Under the pieces are notes generated by a model. It made no database searches. It was not told where the DNA came from and saw only the letters and a list, made by a program, of their open reading frames with translations. The position numbers and the translations under genes are program-made. A DNA stretch of 54,380 nucleotides, counting the filler, from Catajapyx aquilonaris (Eukaryota): the NCBI GenBank assembly GCA_000934665.2. It is 3 parts of 3 records of this genome, joined end to end, with 100 filler letters (N's around TTAATTAATTAA, not from the genome) between each part and the next. Parts side by side here need not be neighbours in the genome. Positions count along the whole stretch, not along the records: positions 14,461 to 28,834 come from JYFJ02007806.1; positions 28,935 to 54,380 come from JYFJ02007807.1; 1 more part is not named here. One strand, written 5' to 3'. Positions 21,349 through 34,799 of this stretch are shown piece by piece (the first letter of the stretch is position 1; the number at the start of each line of letters is the position of its first letter).

Positions 21349-23708
21349 ATGTGGTGGGAGTTAGTTGCAGTCACCTTGCTTCTGCTGAAGACGTCTCTGG
21401 GCCATCGGGACAGTTGTTCATCCTACCTGTGGTGTCACGAATGCCTCAGTAAACCAAACTGTGCGTGGTGTTCCCAACCCGAATTCCGAGAACCGAGATG
21501 CTTCGTTGCATCCAGCATTGCATCCAGCAGAGAAAGCTGCCAGATTGAGTACCTAGTGGACTATTACAACATGGCCCGCATCTTACGGAATGAAGAGACA
21601 CGATTGCCCACCAATTACCTCGACAGTGTGCAGATAAGACCACAGCATGTTACACTGACTCTTCGTCCCGGTAAGTCTACAGACAAGTTGATCCTACTGT
21701 TAGAGGCAACATGTGGAGCAGTCAATACTAAGAAGAAAGCCATAATATTATTGTAAAATACTAAAATTAGAATCACTTCTAATATTGCATGACGTGTAAA
21801 TGACAGAAAGGTGACTCAACTTTGATGTTGGATATATTAATCGCAAGCCAGGAAAAGCAATAATACTTACAATTCTTTTAGGTGCCCCGTACAACCTTCG
21901 TCTGGAATTTTCCGCATCAGACAGCTATGCTGCAGACGTCTACTTTCTGTTAGACACGTCCCGCTCTATGAAGGGCAATAAGGAGCTTATCAACAAGCTA
22001 GTATTTCAGCAGATAGAACGATCTTCAATCTTCTGGGCAACTAACTGGAGGCTTGGTGTTGGTACGTTCGCGGATAAGGAGGAATCTGCGCCAGAAGAGT
22101 GAGTGTCTCCAGTGATATCGCAGCACAGTTTACCAGTGGCAGAATCCACACATTCCTATAATGATGCAATTATTTTCTTCTTTGCCAGTGTGGGAAGTTC
22201 TTGCTTGGAATGCGATACACCCGATGCCTTCCGCCATCGCATGTCCCTCTATACGAGTTGGCCTGACTTTGAAGTAAGAGAACAAGCACAACGTCGTTAT
22301 GTTGTTAACAACTGTCCAGTATATGCTTTCAAAGCACCACTTACTTAACTATAACTGCACATCATAAACAGAAGCATCAGCATGTAAAATGTCGCTGTCA
22401 AGAAATTGGAGCATTTTTGTCTTATGGTTGCAATGTAAGAAGGAATCCTTGGACCACTTTCAGCCAAGTTGATCTTTATTTCAGTGGTCAATTAACAGTG
22501 CCAACCTGTCTAGTACCAACGGCGATGGACTACTTGATGGTTTGTACCAAGCTGCTGCGTGTGAGGATGAAGTAGGATGGAGAAGGAACTCTCTGCGTAT
22601 CCTCGTCGTCGCCACCGACTCCCCCTTTAATGATCCCGGAGACAATGAGGTACGATACAACAAAAAAATCGTTTAACCCTCCTTATACTTGCAGAACTTT
22701 AGAAAAATTAAAAATTACCGAGTTGCAGGTGCATGAAGAAACGCTGACTCCGTATGATGGCCTGTGTCACATGGGGTACCCAAACGTTCAGGAGCCTCCT
22801 ACAGTTGATCAGGTATGTCTTTCATGAGTATCATGACTATGAATGCAATTTATGTTAATAAAAAGTCTGTTTCATCATTAGGTGAATGACAAACTCAAAG
22901 AGACCGGAATCAACGTAATCTTCGTCGTACCAGAGGAACAATTAGGCAGTTATCACCAGCTGGCTGAGAGACTCGATGGTTCATCAGTTGCACTGTTGTC
23001 ACCGGATGATGATTCGTCGGATGTCCGGGAACTGATGACAAATATGCACGGTGTATGTATGCTCGGCCAAACCGATTATAATAGCCTCCGTCATCTGCAA
23101 TTCCTGTCAGGTCTTGACAGTGATTTCAATTTGCCTAATGCTAACGTAAGCGACACTGAACTTGTTTCCTACACTACAGAGCATGAGGTCAACAGTCGAG
23201 CTGAGAGACACGGCTCCGAATAAAGTGAAGGTGAAATACTTTTCCGACTGCAACGGCGAAGGTCCTCCCATTGAAACCAACACTTGCACTGGGTTCAATC
23301 TACGAGATATAATCAGGTTCACCGCAACAATCGAGCTGAGCCAATGTCCCGAGAAGTCAGATAACTTGAAGCTACCGTTTGTGATATATCCCGTTGGTAT
23401 CCGCGAAAGTGTCCGGATCGACTTGCTTATAATTTGCAAGTGTCCTTGCGAGCAACCATATGATCCGGTGAGTTTATTCCCATCATCAATGCAGTTTCTG
23501 TTGAAAAGACTTGTACAGTTTGCAAACTACTGTTCAAAGTGCAGAATCTGGTGCAGGGTCATGTGTATATGCTATGCTTATAAATATTTTTCAGGCCTAC
23601 GGAGCAAATTCATCGGCTTGCAGTTACTCTGGCAACTTAGAATGCGGCGTTTGCAACTGCGACTCGTCTCATTTCGGAAGACAGTGCGAGCTTAGCACGG
23701 GCCCATAG
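21349..23708 (+). CDS. Integrin beta-like protein, apparently secreted headpiece only, 8 exons (21349-21670, 21882-22098, 22189-22273, 22485-22649, 22729-22812, 22882-23052, 23180-23467, 23595-23708), 481 aa
   Basis: Signal peptide; PSI domain (CHECLSKPNCAWCS...RC); VQIRPQHVTLTLRPG; beta-I domain (DVYFLLDTSRSM, RLGVGTFADK, QAAACEDEVGWR, ILVVATD, PYDGLCH, INVIFVV); hybrid end ICKCPCE; I-EGF1 CSYSGNLECGVCNCDSSHFGRQCE; then TAG. All introns are GT-AG and phase-consistent. Confidence 0.9.
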
Positions 23709-25747
23709 GTCTACTTGTACAATCAAAAGTACAGTAGTAGCGTGTCCATAATGTAGGTCATTGCACAAGTAGGAACACACTGAACTTATACCATTTATAA
23801 TTGCTGATAAACGAGCAACATAGCAAAAGAATACAATAATCCCAAGGTTATTGCTTTCGCCAATTTCATTTTGTTTCTAGGTATTCAAATTAGTCACAAA
23901 AGTAGGGATTTAAACCAGATTTATGGTTGTTAAAATCAAAGACCGTGAACATAGGCACTTCGTTTGAGCAACTGGCAATAAGTGTTTAATAATGCACTCC
24001 AAGGACGTTATACACGAACGTTAGCAAGGCAGAGTAAAATAATGTCCAATTGGTGTTTGGCTTTGTAAGAGGCGTAGCAATAGTCACCAGATCACGACGA
24101 TCATTCCCAGAGAAGTAAAAGAGTGTCACCTGTCATGGCACTAACCTTTCATCTTTTGTTATGCGTTGGAGAGAGGACCACCTATGCCTATCGCTGTGTC
24201 GATCCCTATTTTGTGTCCATTTGAGACACTAAACGAAACAATGTCACCATGGTTGGTGCCACTTCGCAAATGCAAACGTTGACAGTTTTATCATGGTTTT
24301 GATCATCAGTAAAATGCGGCAAGTCAATAAATTGGGCTAAGGAGACTTAATTTGCACAACGACCATCAGAGACACACTGGAATTAATTACTAGATGTGAT
24401 GTTCCATATGTGGTTCATTTCAAATCCCAACATTAACTTCTCCATGAAACTGTGCTGCATTTTTTTTAATCGACCAAAATGTGAGTACGAATGTTCTGTA
24501 TTGTAGGTATTTTCTAAGATCAAAATGATATAAGTGGGATAGTAGTATACCATCTTACACCATACATAATAGCGATACTGACAGACAATTCAAATCAAAT
24601 AAGTATCGAAAGCTTGCAAGGTATATTATCGGCATATTACAGCTCTCGCCTTTTATATTCGACGTGGATCATAAATACCACATCATGCGCGGTGTTCCTT
24701 TGACACCCATCCTGAACAGTACTGCCAACGATAAAAAGGTCCACTAATGAGATACTTTGAGGTGGCTGAAATGGCAAGGAAAAAATTCGGCACAGCTCCA
24801 GCTCATCACCATACCGTCGAGGCGAAAAAAATTGTCAGACATGACCCTTTTTTTCCACACTGCAATTTTCACAAACTGGGTTGTAATGAATAACTAATTA
24901 CAGCAAATCAGTTATTATGGCAGATGTATAGTCTACTACGTACAGGATTCAGAAATAATGGCTCGCTTACATAAAAATAATTATGTTGCATAGTGACATT
25001 ATTAAAAAGTAGTATTGTTATTGCTCGACCGGAATTCACAAGTCCAAAATATCGCAAAAAGAGATTCCTACCAGGCACTATAAGGTATATAGTGCAGTTA
25101 TTGCAATACAACACTATAGTGCTTTTATTAAATGCCACAAAATGTCTCCTGCTGCCCTGAACGGGTTTTAAAACACAACTTTGCGATCGATTTTTTTTTA
25201 AAACTCCTGAAAACACACTGTTAATAAGGCTGTTACACCAAATGGTAATGAAACTTGGTTCTACTGAATCCTAGTCACGTGGAAGAGAAGCATGACTCGC
25301 AGGGATAATAGTTTTATTGACGGCCCAAAAGAGGACACGGAAAAAAGGGGGCAAAAGTATGAGGAGATGAATGAATTGTTGGGGGGTGGTAGTTATAGAC
25401 CTATTATAGGCAAGGGGGCGAGAAATCTCTATCAAAGTCTTAGATATCACCTCACCGCGCAAGTTCACTGTGACGTCACTCACCATTTTTCTGTTTTATT
25501 TATTTATTTATTCGAGGAGGGGATATGTGGCAGGCAGGCAGGCAATTAGGCAGGCATAGATATAATAATGCAGGCAAAAATGTGGGGGGTGGGGGGGATG
25601 GGGTCAAACCGAAGGGTCAAAATTCGTTGGTTCGGTATAATTGAGTAAAATCCATAGACCCTGGATTTGTTTAAAGGAGGCCTGGATTCATCGCGTTGTT
25701 CCTTAATAGTAATTATTTAAGTATTATTATCATGATCAACCAGCACT

Positions 25748-25930
25748 TCACTCGTCCGACGGCGAGGCCTCGTTCTTCAGCACCTTGAAGTGAGACTGCG
25801 CAGGAGAAGAAGAGTCCATCAGCAGATTGCGAGCTGCTTGTTTGATTTGCGTTGTCAGTTGAGGCATGGAGCCCTCGCCTTTCGATGACCCGTCCTTCTT
25901 GGTCGAGTCCTCCGCAGACTTTTTTTCACA
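25748..25930 (-). CDS. Probable last coding exon of an unidentified gene
   Basis: Acceptor aaacttcag| then 60 open codons (CEKKSAEDSTKKDGSSKGEGSMPQLTTQIKQAARNLLMD...EASPSDE*) in a GC-richer patch within AT-rich flanks. No upstream exon identified. Confidence 0.4.
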   Translation of the reverse strand, partial: CEKKSAEDSTKKDGSSKGEGSMPQLTTQIKQAARNLLMDSSSPAQSHFKVLKNEASPSDE

Positions 25931-28739
25931 CTGAAGTTTAGGCGGTAAGCTGGCAAGAAAAAGCGTGTCAAAATTTTTTTTACAACGTATCATATGGCCA
26001 TAATATTATGGCGGGGATAATTTTTCAATCAATGGCGCTACTCTATCGTGTTGCGCATGACCAGGCTAATGCAGAGCCTACTTTCCATAATGAGTGTGAT
26101 ATATAAGCAGTGTATTATTTATACACAAATGCATTCCTTCAAGGTGTGGCATACAGACACCCTTCGAACTGAAAAGCCGTTTTGAAACCTTCCTGGGAAA
26201 CAATGGGGTTAGTAAGTGAGATGTAATTAGAGTGTTTCATTTGTGATTAGGGGGTCGTCCAAGATGTTAGTCGCACTGATTTATTTATTTATTTACGTTC
26301 TTTATTATTTAACGCTGCCCTTACCCCACATCAGTGTGACGCTCACGTTATGGACAACTCCGCAGAGACGTATTTTATAGTGTCCCAGAAAAGTTGCACC
26401 AACGACAATGTTGCAATACAATGAAACTTACTTCATGTCAATCTTGTTTTATATGCAATCGTGACTCCGTCCAGACTGACGTTAACTGCAATATTCCAAT
26501 TGGACTCGTTAATTGTATCATACCATAAAAATACAGTAGCCCTAACTTAACAAAACAATTAATTATATCAATCACAGCAAGGTTAAGACTGCTCTCTCCT
26601 ATTTGCATAAACATCTACCCCATTTTATTACGTATACGAAATAATAAAATATCAATTTTGAACGTAGCCGCAAACCACACTTAACAGCAACCATTACATA
26701 TGATGGCCTTCATCAAGAGCCTAGAAAATGTGTGACAAATGCAGCTGGATATTACGGCAGGCAGATAGCGAGTCAATTATTCATTAATCTGGGAGCTGCG
26801 CTTCAAGCTTATCGAGTAACACCCTCCTTTCAGGCTGCCTATCATAGGGCAGGTAATGTCACTTTTTTTCAACCTGAGCCCCGTCCAAGTCGTTGCACTT
26901 TTTCCCACGATGCAAAAAAGGTCTTTTGATGATATCAATAGTAGCGTGCTATCCTCCCTGAATTATTAGGACAGGGCAGGTAAAGAGTCTCCCACGCCTC
27001 AGGAGGGGGGACTTGGCCTCCTTTTTTTGTGTGTGTATCCAATGAATGAAGGACCTTTCTACCTTCCTAGGAGGCACGTAAAGTTGGTCTATGACTGCAT
27101 CTGTCACATATTTTGTTGCTGTACATAACCTGGGGATTCTGGGAAACCAAACAGCAGGCACGCCCTTTGTAAGCCTCGTAAAATGAAGAGATTATCCTGC
27201 AGGGAAGGCTTCCTGTTGTGTGGTTGCTTTTCTTGTGGGATGAACTTGCCTTTATCCTGTCGGATGTGTTTCAGAGAGAATTGTGAGGAAGTGTGTCAGT
27301 TTGTGTGTGTGTGTGTTTCAGCAAACAGCTGCATATAGAGGCCAAAATGCAGGGTTTAAACTCTCCATAGAGGGTATTATTTTTCAAGAGTTATTAGCAG
27401 TTCACTTTGTTCTGTGATATTGTGAGCTTTAAAGTGGGCTGTCACACTGTGGAATTAATCAATGGCGACAAATGGCATGCATTTAGATTGTTTATGATAA
27501 AAAGGGTCATTGGGTTTAAACAAGGCCGGATGGTGCATATGTCATGAGCAATTGCCAATCATCATGAGGTTTTTTTTATGGCCATGCTGTTTAAAGTTAA
27601 TCTCCCGTTTGCATGGGCGCAATCTTTAAATAGAGGCTTCATCGCTAATTTAATCTACATTAATATATTTCCGCAGGTTTAAAGCCGTGTTAAAGTGCGT
27701 ATGTCATCGACGAGGCCAATAATGCCATTAAAGCATTATTTTGTTAATTGGATTATTAATTTATTGCTTAATTATAGCTTGACAAACATAATGATTCATG
27801 TTGATGTTGTTGACATAATGTCATCAAAAAATGGCCAAAACTTTGCATCTGCAATTATTCACTATTAATGTCTTTCAGCCCACACATTTTAAGGTAACGA
27901 AAGAATTATCCATATGTGTATAGCTGTATTTGCCATGTACAAATGTTGCAACTCTGAATTGTTAATTATGACATTTAAACCCACCAATATAAATTATAAC
28001 CACTTGAATATACAGTATGCAATGCAATTACTCTCCAATTATCATAATATTTGTACGCTAAGGTTCATGAGCATTGAGTACGGTAACAAGCATCACTGAA
28101 CAGTCCTGTTAGGAGAACTAAATGTTACTGCAGGGCTGCCATTGTAGTCTTTGTACCTCTCTCAACTAATGTACGACTCTTGTGACAAATGTGATTTAAA
28201 TCTAGGTGTATTATGTATAGTGTACTATGAACCGCACAAAGAATGTCCGCAAGATTCTTCGTTCATCCTGGCGGCCAAGCAATCCATTGCACAGGTGTGT
28301 ACACACACACACGTGTGTGTACGTCCGTGCTTATCTGCTGGTTTTTTTTTCCTCCTCCCTTATCTACCCTTCTCGAGCTTATCTGTCTTTGTAACCGAGC
28401 TATCTCAAAAGTGCAAGGCAATGTGTGTCCAGAAATTAAAGTATATGATATGATGCATTTAAAAAATGCTATTTATTTTGCTGCTACTGGTAGATTATAC
28501 TGATTTATTCCGATCACATGCCCGTGTTAAGTTCAGAGCAGATAATTATGTGCCTGTGGATCAGACCAAACTGACTGTCAGTATTCATAAACATATCTAA
28601 AGCGAAGAAAATGATATTTAAAGCCAATCATATTCAGGGTGTTCCAAGTGTGAAGGATGCCGTTTAATAGGGAATGTCGCTGGAAACTATCTTGTATCTG
28701 TGTAGCTTGCGCCCTGATCCAGACGGGTTCAAGCGGGAT

Positions 28740-28740
<1 letters not shown>

Positions 28741-28818
<78 letters not shown>
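28741..28818. repeat. (TAA)n microsatellite
   Basis: About 26 perfect units next to the contig end. Confidence 0.95.
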
Positions 28819-28820
<2 letters not shown>

Positions 28821-28834
28821 CGAAAGGGGAAATT

Positions 28835-28934
28835 NNNNNNNNNNNNNNNNNNNNNNNNNNNNNNNNNNNNNNNNNNNNTTAATTAATTAANNNNNNNNNN
28901 NNNNNNNNNNNNNNNNNNNNNNNNNNNNNNNNNN
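28835..28934. other. Artificial contig spacer (44N + TTAATTAATTAA + 44N)
   Basis: Same 100-nt structure as 14361-14460. Confidence 0.97.
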
Positions 28935-31900
28935 CCACCGCCACCCCTCCATGCCCCCCTTTACTACCCTACAAAAGTCATGCTCCTCCCAACGGTTTTT
29001 CGAGTTAGCGGTTTTTACTTTGCTTAAGAACTTCATCATGATTTATCCATAACACGCAAGAATTGCTCTGTAATCATTATTTATGCAGAGATAGAGCTTA
29101 ATTATTGGAAAGGTGCATGGAAACTCACAGGCACGAGTCCTCATGATGAATCACTTAGCTGTGATAATTTGGCTCCCAGCACTGAAATACACAAAAATCC
29201 AAAGTTTTCTACCGTCTTGCCACCAGGTTCTTACCAATAAAAATCGTTTAAAATTTTAACAATTCAGTACGTCATGAAGTCGATTCGATTTGGTTGGACG
29301 TCCGATATTATGAAAAATATTGTTATCTTTGTAACTTTTGTCTCGGGCGGTACTGTGCACAAGAGCGGTACGTGTTTAGATGCGACCGAGATCGATTGTC
29401 GATTTTCAAGAAAGATATTAGGCAGTTTTTCCCCCAACACGCCCCATCAGAGATATCGGATGTGTATTAATTTTGGTTTGGAACTGGAGACGCCGGAAAT
29501 AGTTTACACGAGAGATTAGACGGAATAATGGTACAGTTCGATCACATGCATGTCATTCTGCTGCATTTCATCCGTCAAACTGTCAGTTTTTTACCGTTCT
29601 ATCTCGAAAGGAAAATTTTTCCACTGGTGGAGGAGAATGAAAAAGAAAATGCAAGAGCAGGTTACGTCGAATTGCTCACGCCAAGGCATAAAACTGAGAT
29701 TCCGTTGGTAGGAAGCCATTAATATTTATTTATAGCAGTAATCAGTAAAGCGCTTTCCGTGATTCAGAAATCTTTCACGAAGATGCTAAAGGCTGTTATT
29801 GCGAAAGGAGGGGAGGGAAATACTTCAATCACATGATAACATTGCTTATTGATTCTTGTTATATAGGCGAGAATTCTGCATATCATAACGATCGTGGATT
29901 CTTCGACTTTCCGCTTTCTCTAAGGATCAGGGGTTCTTTAGAATCAGCTGTCACCTGCTTGAAGTGGAATTTCAAATTGTGCTGAAGTGTTGGGGTAGAG
30001 AGAATGGTGAAGGGAGAAAAAAGGGGATCCTTTGTCGAGTGTCAGCGTCCTTCTGCTCATATTGCAAAAGTTGGTATCGATTGTAGTGTACGAATTCCTC
30101 CGTCTGTCGCCCCTTGGATTCGCTGGGGAAAAAGCTAGATTTGTGAGCGCATTGCAGAGATGAAAGTCAAAAGCGTAACAATTGCGACTCACAAGTTCTG
30201 TTGCCTGACTTCCTTGTCTATTTCTTAAATGGATGTGCAAACATTAGCTTAGAAGGAGGGCCTAATTTTTTTTTTTTGTACAACTTGAGGGTAGTGTAAA
30301 CCCCATACAAGAGTGGACAAAGCCTTTCTACTTCCCATGAGGGCGCATGTTAGCTTAACTTTGTGTTTGACTTCTGCTTCTTCTTTGTTGTTGTTCTCTT
30401 CTGTTTCAACAGACTGTCCAAAGTACTGACATGTAAGTCTCATCACGTGCGACGTGGCCCTGCAATATTTTCGTACACTTTGGACCCCAGGCACTCAAAC
30501 GTTTGCATATGACACAACATGCCTGTGACACTTGTTTGCTGCAACATGCAACATGTCCATTACGTATCACTGGTAATTAGTAAATAATCATACCACGCGC
30601 GACACGAATTCAAAATCAAATGCCGTGTCAATTAATTGTGACATGGGTGGGGCTCTGCGCTGTATATTCGATCCTCAAAATATGCCATCGCTACTATTGT
30701 TTTTAATTACTGCCCGCATTGTCAAAGTATTTGACACCACTTGTTGGGACGCATGAAGTCAAGAGGGACAAAATTTTATTTTAAAATAAAAAATCACCCG
30801 ACCACAATAAAAATTGTCATTTATTTCAAGTGTAATGTCGCTTGTTATTATTTTAAAATAATCAATTAATTATCTTTTTCGCTGATTTTCAGTTAGTGAA
30901 TTTACCTGGGAACGATAAAGTTAATGCTCGATTTCTAAGTGACTTCATTATACCGTGCTTTTCATGAATATTCCACTCGTAACTTTATTTACTTTGTAAA
31001 TAGACCCTGCAGGCATACCCCCCTAATTTTTCTATTTACTTAGGAAGTCACTATTTGCATATTGTCCCACATGCCCAGTGCACTGTTATAAAAAAAATGC
31101 TCCCCTACAACACACAAGGTAGTACTTCCATATCCTTACCATTCCATATCCTCCAGTGTGGAAAAAATAAGTAAATGAAGCTCAGCATGAGGTTAGTTAG
31201 AACGCAATGCGGCCAAAGCGGTGGCGTTGGGGTTAATGAGAAAAAAAATTCAGGTAGGCAGGGGGGGGGGGGGGGGNNNNNNNNGGGGGGTTACAGAAGC
31301 GGCATGCGGCCGAGGCTAATATGCAAGGGGCACCGAGTTGGGAGTCGTGGCTGCCTGGGTTGTGTTATAATTAAGCTAGCCGGGGCCTAATGTGAAATTG
31401 GCGTGTCGCGATTAATCTGACGCGTGATAGACAGCCCGCTCTGTGTTACTGCGTTTCTTTGCTATTTTTTAAATCCCCCAAGTTCATACCGCAACCCAAC
31501 CATGAAAAATGGTAATTTCATTCCATAATATGTTTCACCGAGTGTCGATACTGTACTCACCGCAAGAGTAGTAATTTTTATGTCTGATAATTGATGAACC
31601 GGCTAAAAAACGTAATTTTAGCGGAATGAAAGCAACCGTGTGCATGAATAAACAATATTTAACTCAGCTGTACTGTGACCTGAACGTTGCATATGTTTAT
31701 GTAACTGCAGAGTGATCCAGTATATTTTTGAAAATGGTGTTACATTTTATAGACATTTATAACTAATAACGTAGTCAATTTCTATTCATGGCGCACATAT
31801 ATCGGTACTAGGGACATCACTGAACAATTACATTACCGCCAGTGGATATAACGTTCTGTTCGCTCAGCCCAATAATTTTTCAGTTTGTTTGGGTATGGTC

Positions 31901-33140
31901 AGATGGCCAGAGAAATTATTGTTATTGTGTTACAGTATAGTAATGTTCCCATATTTTGATGATCATTGTTATACTGTACACTATTTACACATTACATACT
32001 TACAAAAGACTCAGTTTAAATAATATACTGTACGCAGTATATGAGAGAGCTATGGAAAGCACTGGATACGTTAAATTGATTCAATATTGGTGATGGATAT
32101 GGGCTCTAATTATTTTCCGCCTAAGTTTGTGTCCGAATGCGTGCCTATATATGTAATGGTGGAATGGAAGAAGGGGGCGTGGGTAACTCAATTTTCCCGC
32201 GTGCACCATTTGTAAGCCCCGAGTCGCATTGGCGTGAGCTTTATAATAGTGAACGTGACCATTGGAACCAACCCTCCTATTCTAAATTAAGTATGCTGGC
32301 TGGCACACCATTTGGGAATCCCGGAGAGCTGAGTGTGTGGGCAGCCGCGCATCCACCACCTCGTATGTCATCTTTAAACTGTCATTAACACCATCTCTGC
32401 CGCCCTCGACACGCGTTTACCTCGCTGGACTTGATCCGGCTAATGGAAAAATGAGAGCCGAAGGAAATGGACAGAGTGTAACCAAATTTGTTTGCCATGG
32501 ACAACTCCTGTTGTTAGTATAATGGGCGTAAATGCGGGGACAGACCAGCCAACTATTACGCGTGCAGTACGGCATCCTCACCTAATTTATGCTTATTTGG
32601 TGTTGATGCTGCATATTTAATTAGCGTTATAAGACACACGAGTAAGGCCTTATTTAATGATAACTTACATATACAAGTATGTGATTATCTATTTTCATCC
32701 AACTTACTATCTAAACTATCTGTCAGTAATCAGAAAAATATTCTCACTGATATTATGATGCCAGCAGTAACTTTGAATATTCATGATGTAGCCTAACTAG
32801 GCTAACTACAGTAGTACCATAGCAATCAGGTAATGGGAGATCCCGGGCACAGTCGCCCAATTTGTAGCATGAAAATATTTCAATTTGCATTAGGTTTATG
32901 CTGGTACAGTGTTGGACATTACTCGCGGCGTCATTACTGCTAGCGATATTTTCCGAAGCGGCAGAAGAACGGATCGAACCAATGGATAGTGCAAGCCGTG
33001 CGAGCAAGATTCGTTTTTCTGCCGCATTGCAAAATGTCGCTAGCAGTATGCCGCAATTAATGTCCAACAACTCTATGCAACAAAATAATTTGGACCATCT
33101 TTCATATGACTGCCCATTCCAGAGGCCCATGCCAGAGGCT

Positions 33141-33415
33141 CTCTTAGGGGGGGGATACCACCATTTTTTCTGAGAAATTTTATTTTCTTCAGACTCCGGT
33201 GCAGGGAAATTAGGGAAATTGGGTAAGGATAGGAATTTTGGGGGAGGGAACGTGGGTGCAAGTGTTTTGTCTCAGACTGGGTTGGGCTGCCAGACACCTC
33301 CAAGGTGCCGCTCAGCGACCCTCCCGACGCAGGTGAAACGGAACTCCCAGGCGGGGATCGAACCTGGGACCTTTCACTCAGCAAGCCGAGACGTTATAAT
33401 CTCGGCCACCGCACC
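33141..33415 (-). mobile_element. tRNA-derived SINE-like element
   Basis: Minus strand begins ggtgcggtggccgag (A box) ... aaggtcccaggttcgatcccc (B box), followed by a GC-rich body. The 3' boundary is approximate. Confidence 0.6.
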
Positions 33416-34037
33416 TCCCCTATATTTTCTTATTAGAGCTTTTGTTAGGTCATATAAGATCATATATTCATATCACTACTCCGTTGTCGGAAACGTTGCA
33501 AGTTTGCTTTCGGTACACTCTATCTATAATGGACTGGCCATATTGTGGCACACCTAGTGCAACACGGCAATGAAATCATTACGGTTCAGGTTTGTGTGTA
33601 TATTGTTATCATTATTCATGCCGAGTTGCGTAAAAGTTTACGTGACCAAATTCGCATGAAAATGAATCTAATTTGGGTCCACCATTAGTCTGTCGCCGAA
33701 GGCACGAATAAATTAAGCAAATAAGACTGGACCGTATATTCATGGGGGTATAGCATTTTCCGTCAGAAAGCGCACACTAGGGAAGGAATCCCTTACTGGC
33801 CCAATTCTGGAGTATTCCGCAGCACTTTATCACCTGGCACTTATGGAAGCGCTGGGAAAGGAAGGGAAAAAATGGTGATATAAAGTCAAGCCCACGATCC
33901 CATAAAGTGGTCGTCATCTTCTCTCATCATATGCCGTTCCTCCTTATAATTGCGTTATGAAAGGTCTCCTTATCGTCCGGGGTTAGATCCCCAAATGCGA
34001 GAGAGATATTAAATCATTGGGCAATCCGCTTCCTTCC

Positions 34038-34039
<2 letters not shown>

Positions 34040-34090
<51 letters not shown>
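34040..34090. repeat. (CT)n microsatellite
   Basis: About 25 perfect dinucleotide units. Confidence 0.95.
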
Positions 34091-34093
<3 letters not shown>

Positions 34094-34799
34094 CGTCCCT
34101 AGCGTAAGTTACACAATTCCATTAAAGTCCCCGAGATAAGAGCTAGGGGTTTTGGGAAGTGGCGAATGATAACTCTCCCTTTGCTCTTCTACCCTCCCCC
34201 CCCTGCTCCCACCCTCAAAAGGGAGATTCATAGTCTGTCGTTAGGAAATTGTATCAGATTTCCAATGTGGCTCACACGCAATCGCTTCTGTGCCACGAGA
34301 GGCATGGCTGGCTTGAGCCGATCGACTTTGGGTTAGATTAGATGCGGCTTTAATTGACGAGGAGCGTTTATGTAGGGGGAGCTTTTGGGAGGGGAGATAG
34401 CCAGGTCCAGAGGGGGAGGGGGGAGGATGAAGGATCTTCACCACCATGTCGATATTGGTGTCACAACATTGGTTTGGATACAAATCCTGCCTAATCTTTA
34501 CGGGGTCTCTGCAAACGTTCACTGTTAGTATTGGCTGCTGTGAAGAAATTCGATGCGTGTCACATAATGGTTGTGACGCCTGAAAACTGGGTTCATTAAG
34601 ATAACCCAGACATAGTTATGAATTATTCCCGGAACAATATGCCAAATATCTGGACAAGTCTCATCTACTACTCGTAGTTGGTCTAATGTGGTAAAGTGAT
34701 TGGAAGAATAATTGATATGAAAAATATTTATAGCTTACCAATATTTTCGGGAAGTAGGGAAGAGAGGCACCGCAGAAGTCGGGAGGGCGAGTAGTGGAC

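Noticed and set aside
28674..28886. Poly-Ile ORF, and similar low-complexity ORFs at 8866-9169 and 45625-46203
   Set aside because: The low-complexity parts are translations of microsatellites or repeats; only the 9006-8874 portion is a real SPTLC1 exon.
30941..30960. Partial resemblance to miR-276 (acttcattataccgtgct)
   Set aside because: Seed mismatch, an internal insertion and no precursor hairpin.
32898..33173. ORF with a signal-peptide-like start (MLVQCWTLLAASLLLAIFSEA)
   Set aside because: No family motif or convincing splice structure, and the ORF ends in a SINE-like element. Cannot be supported without expression data.
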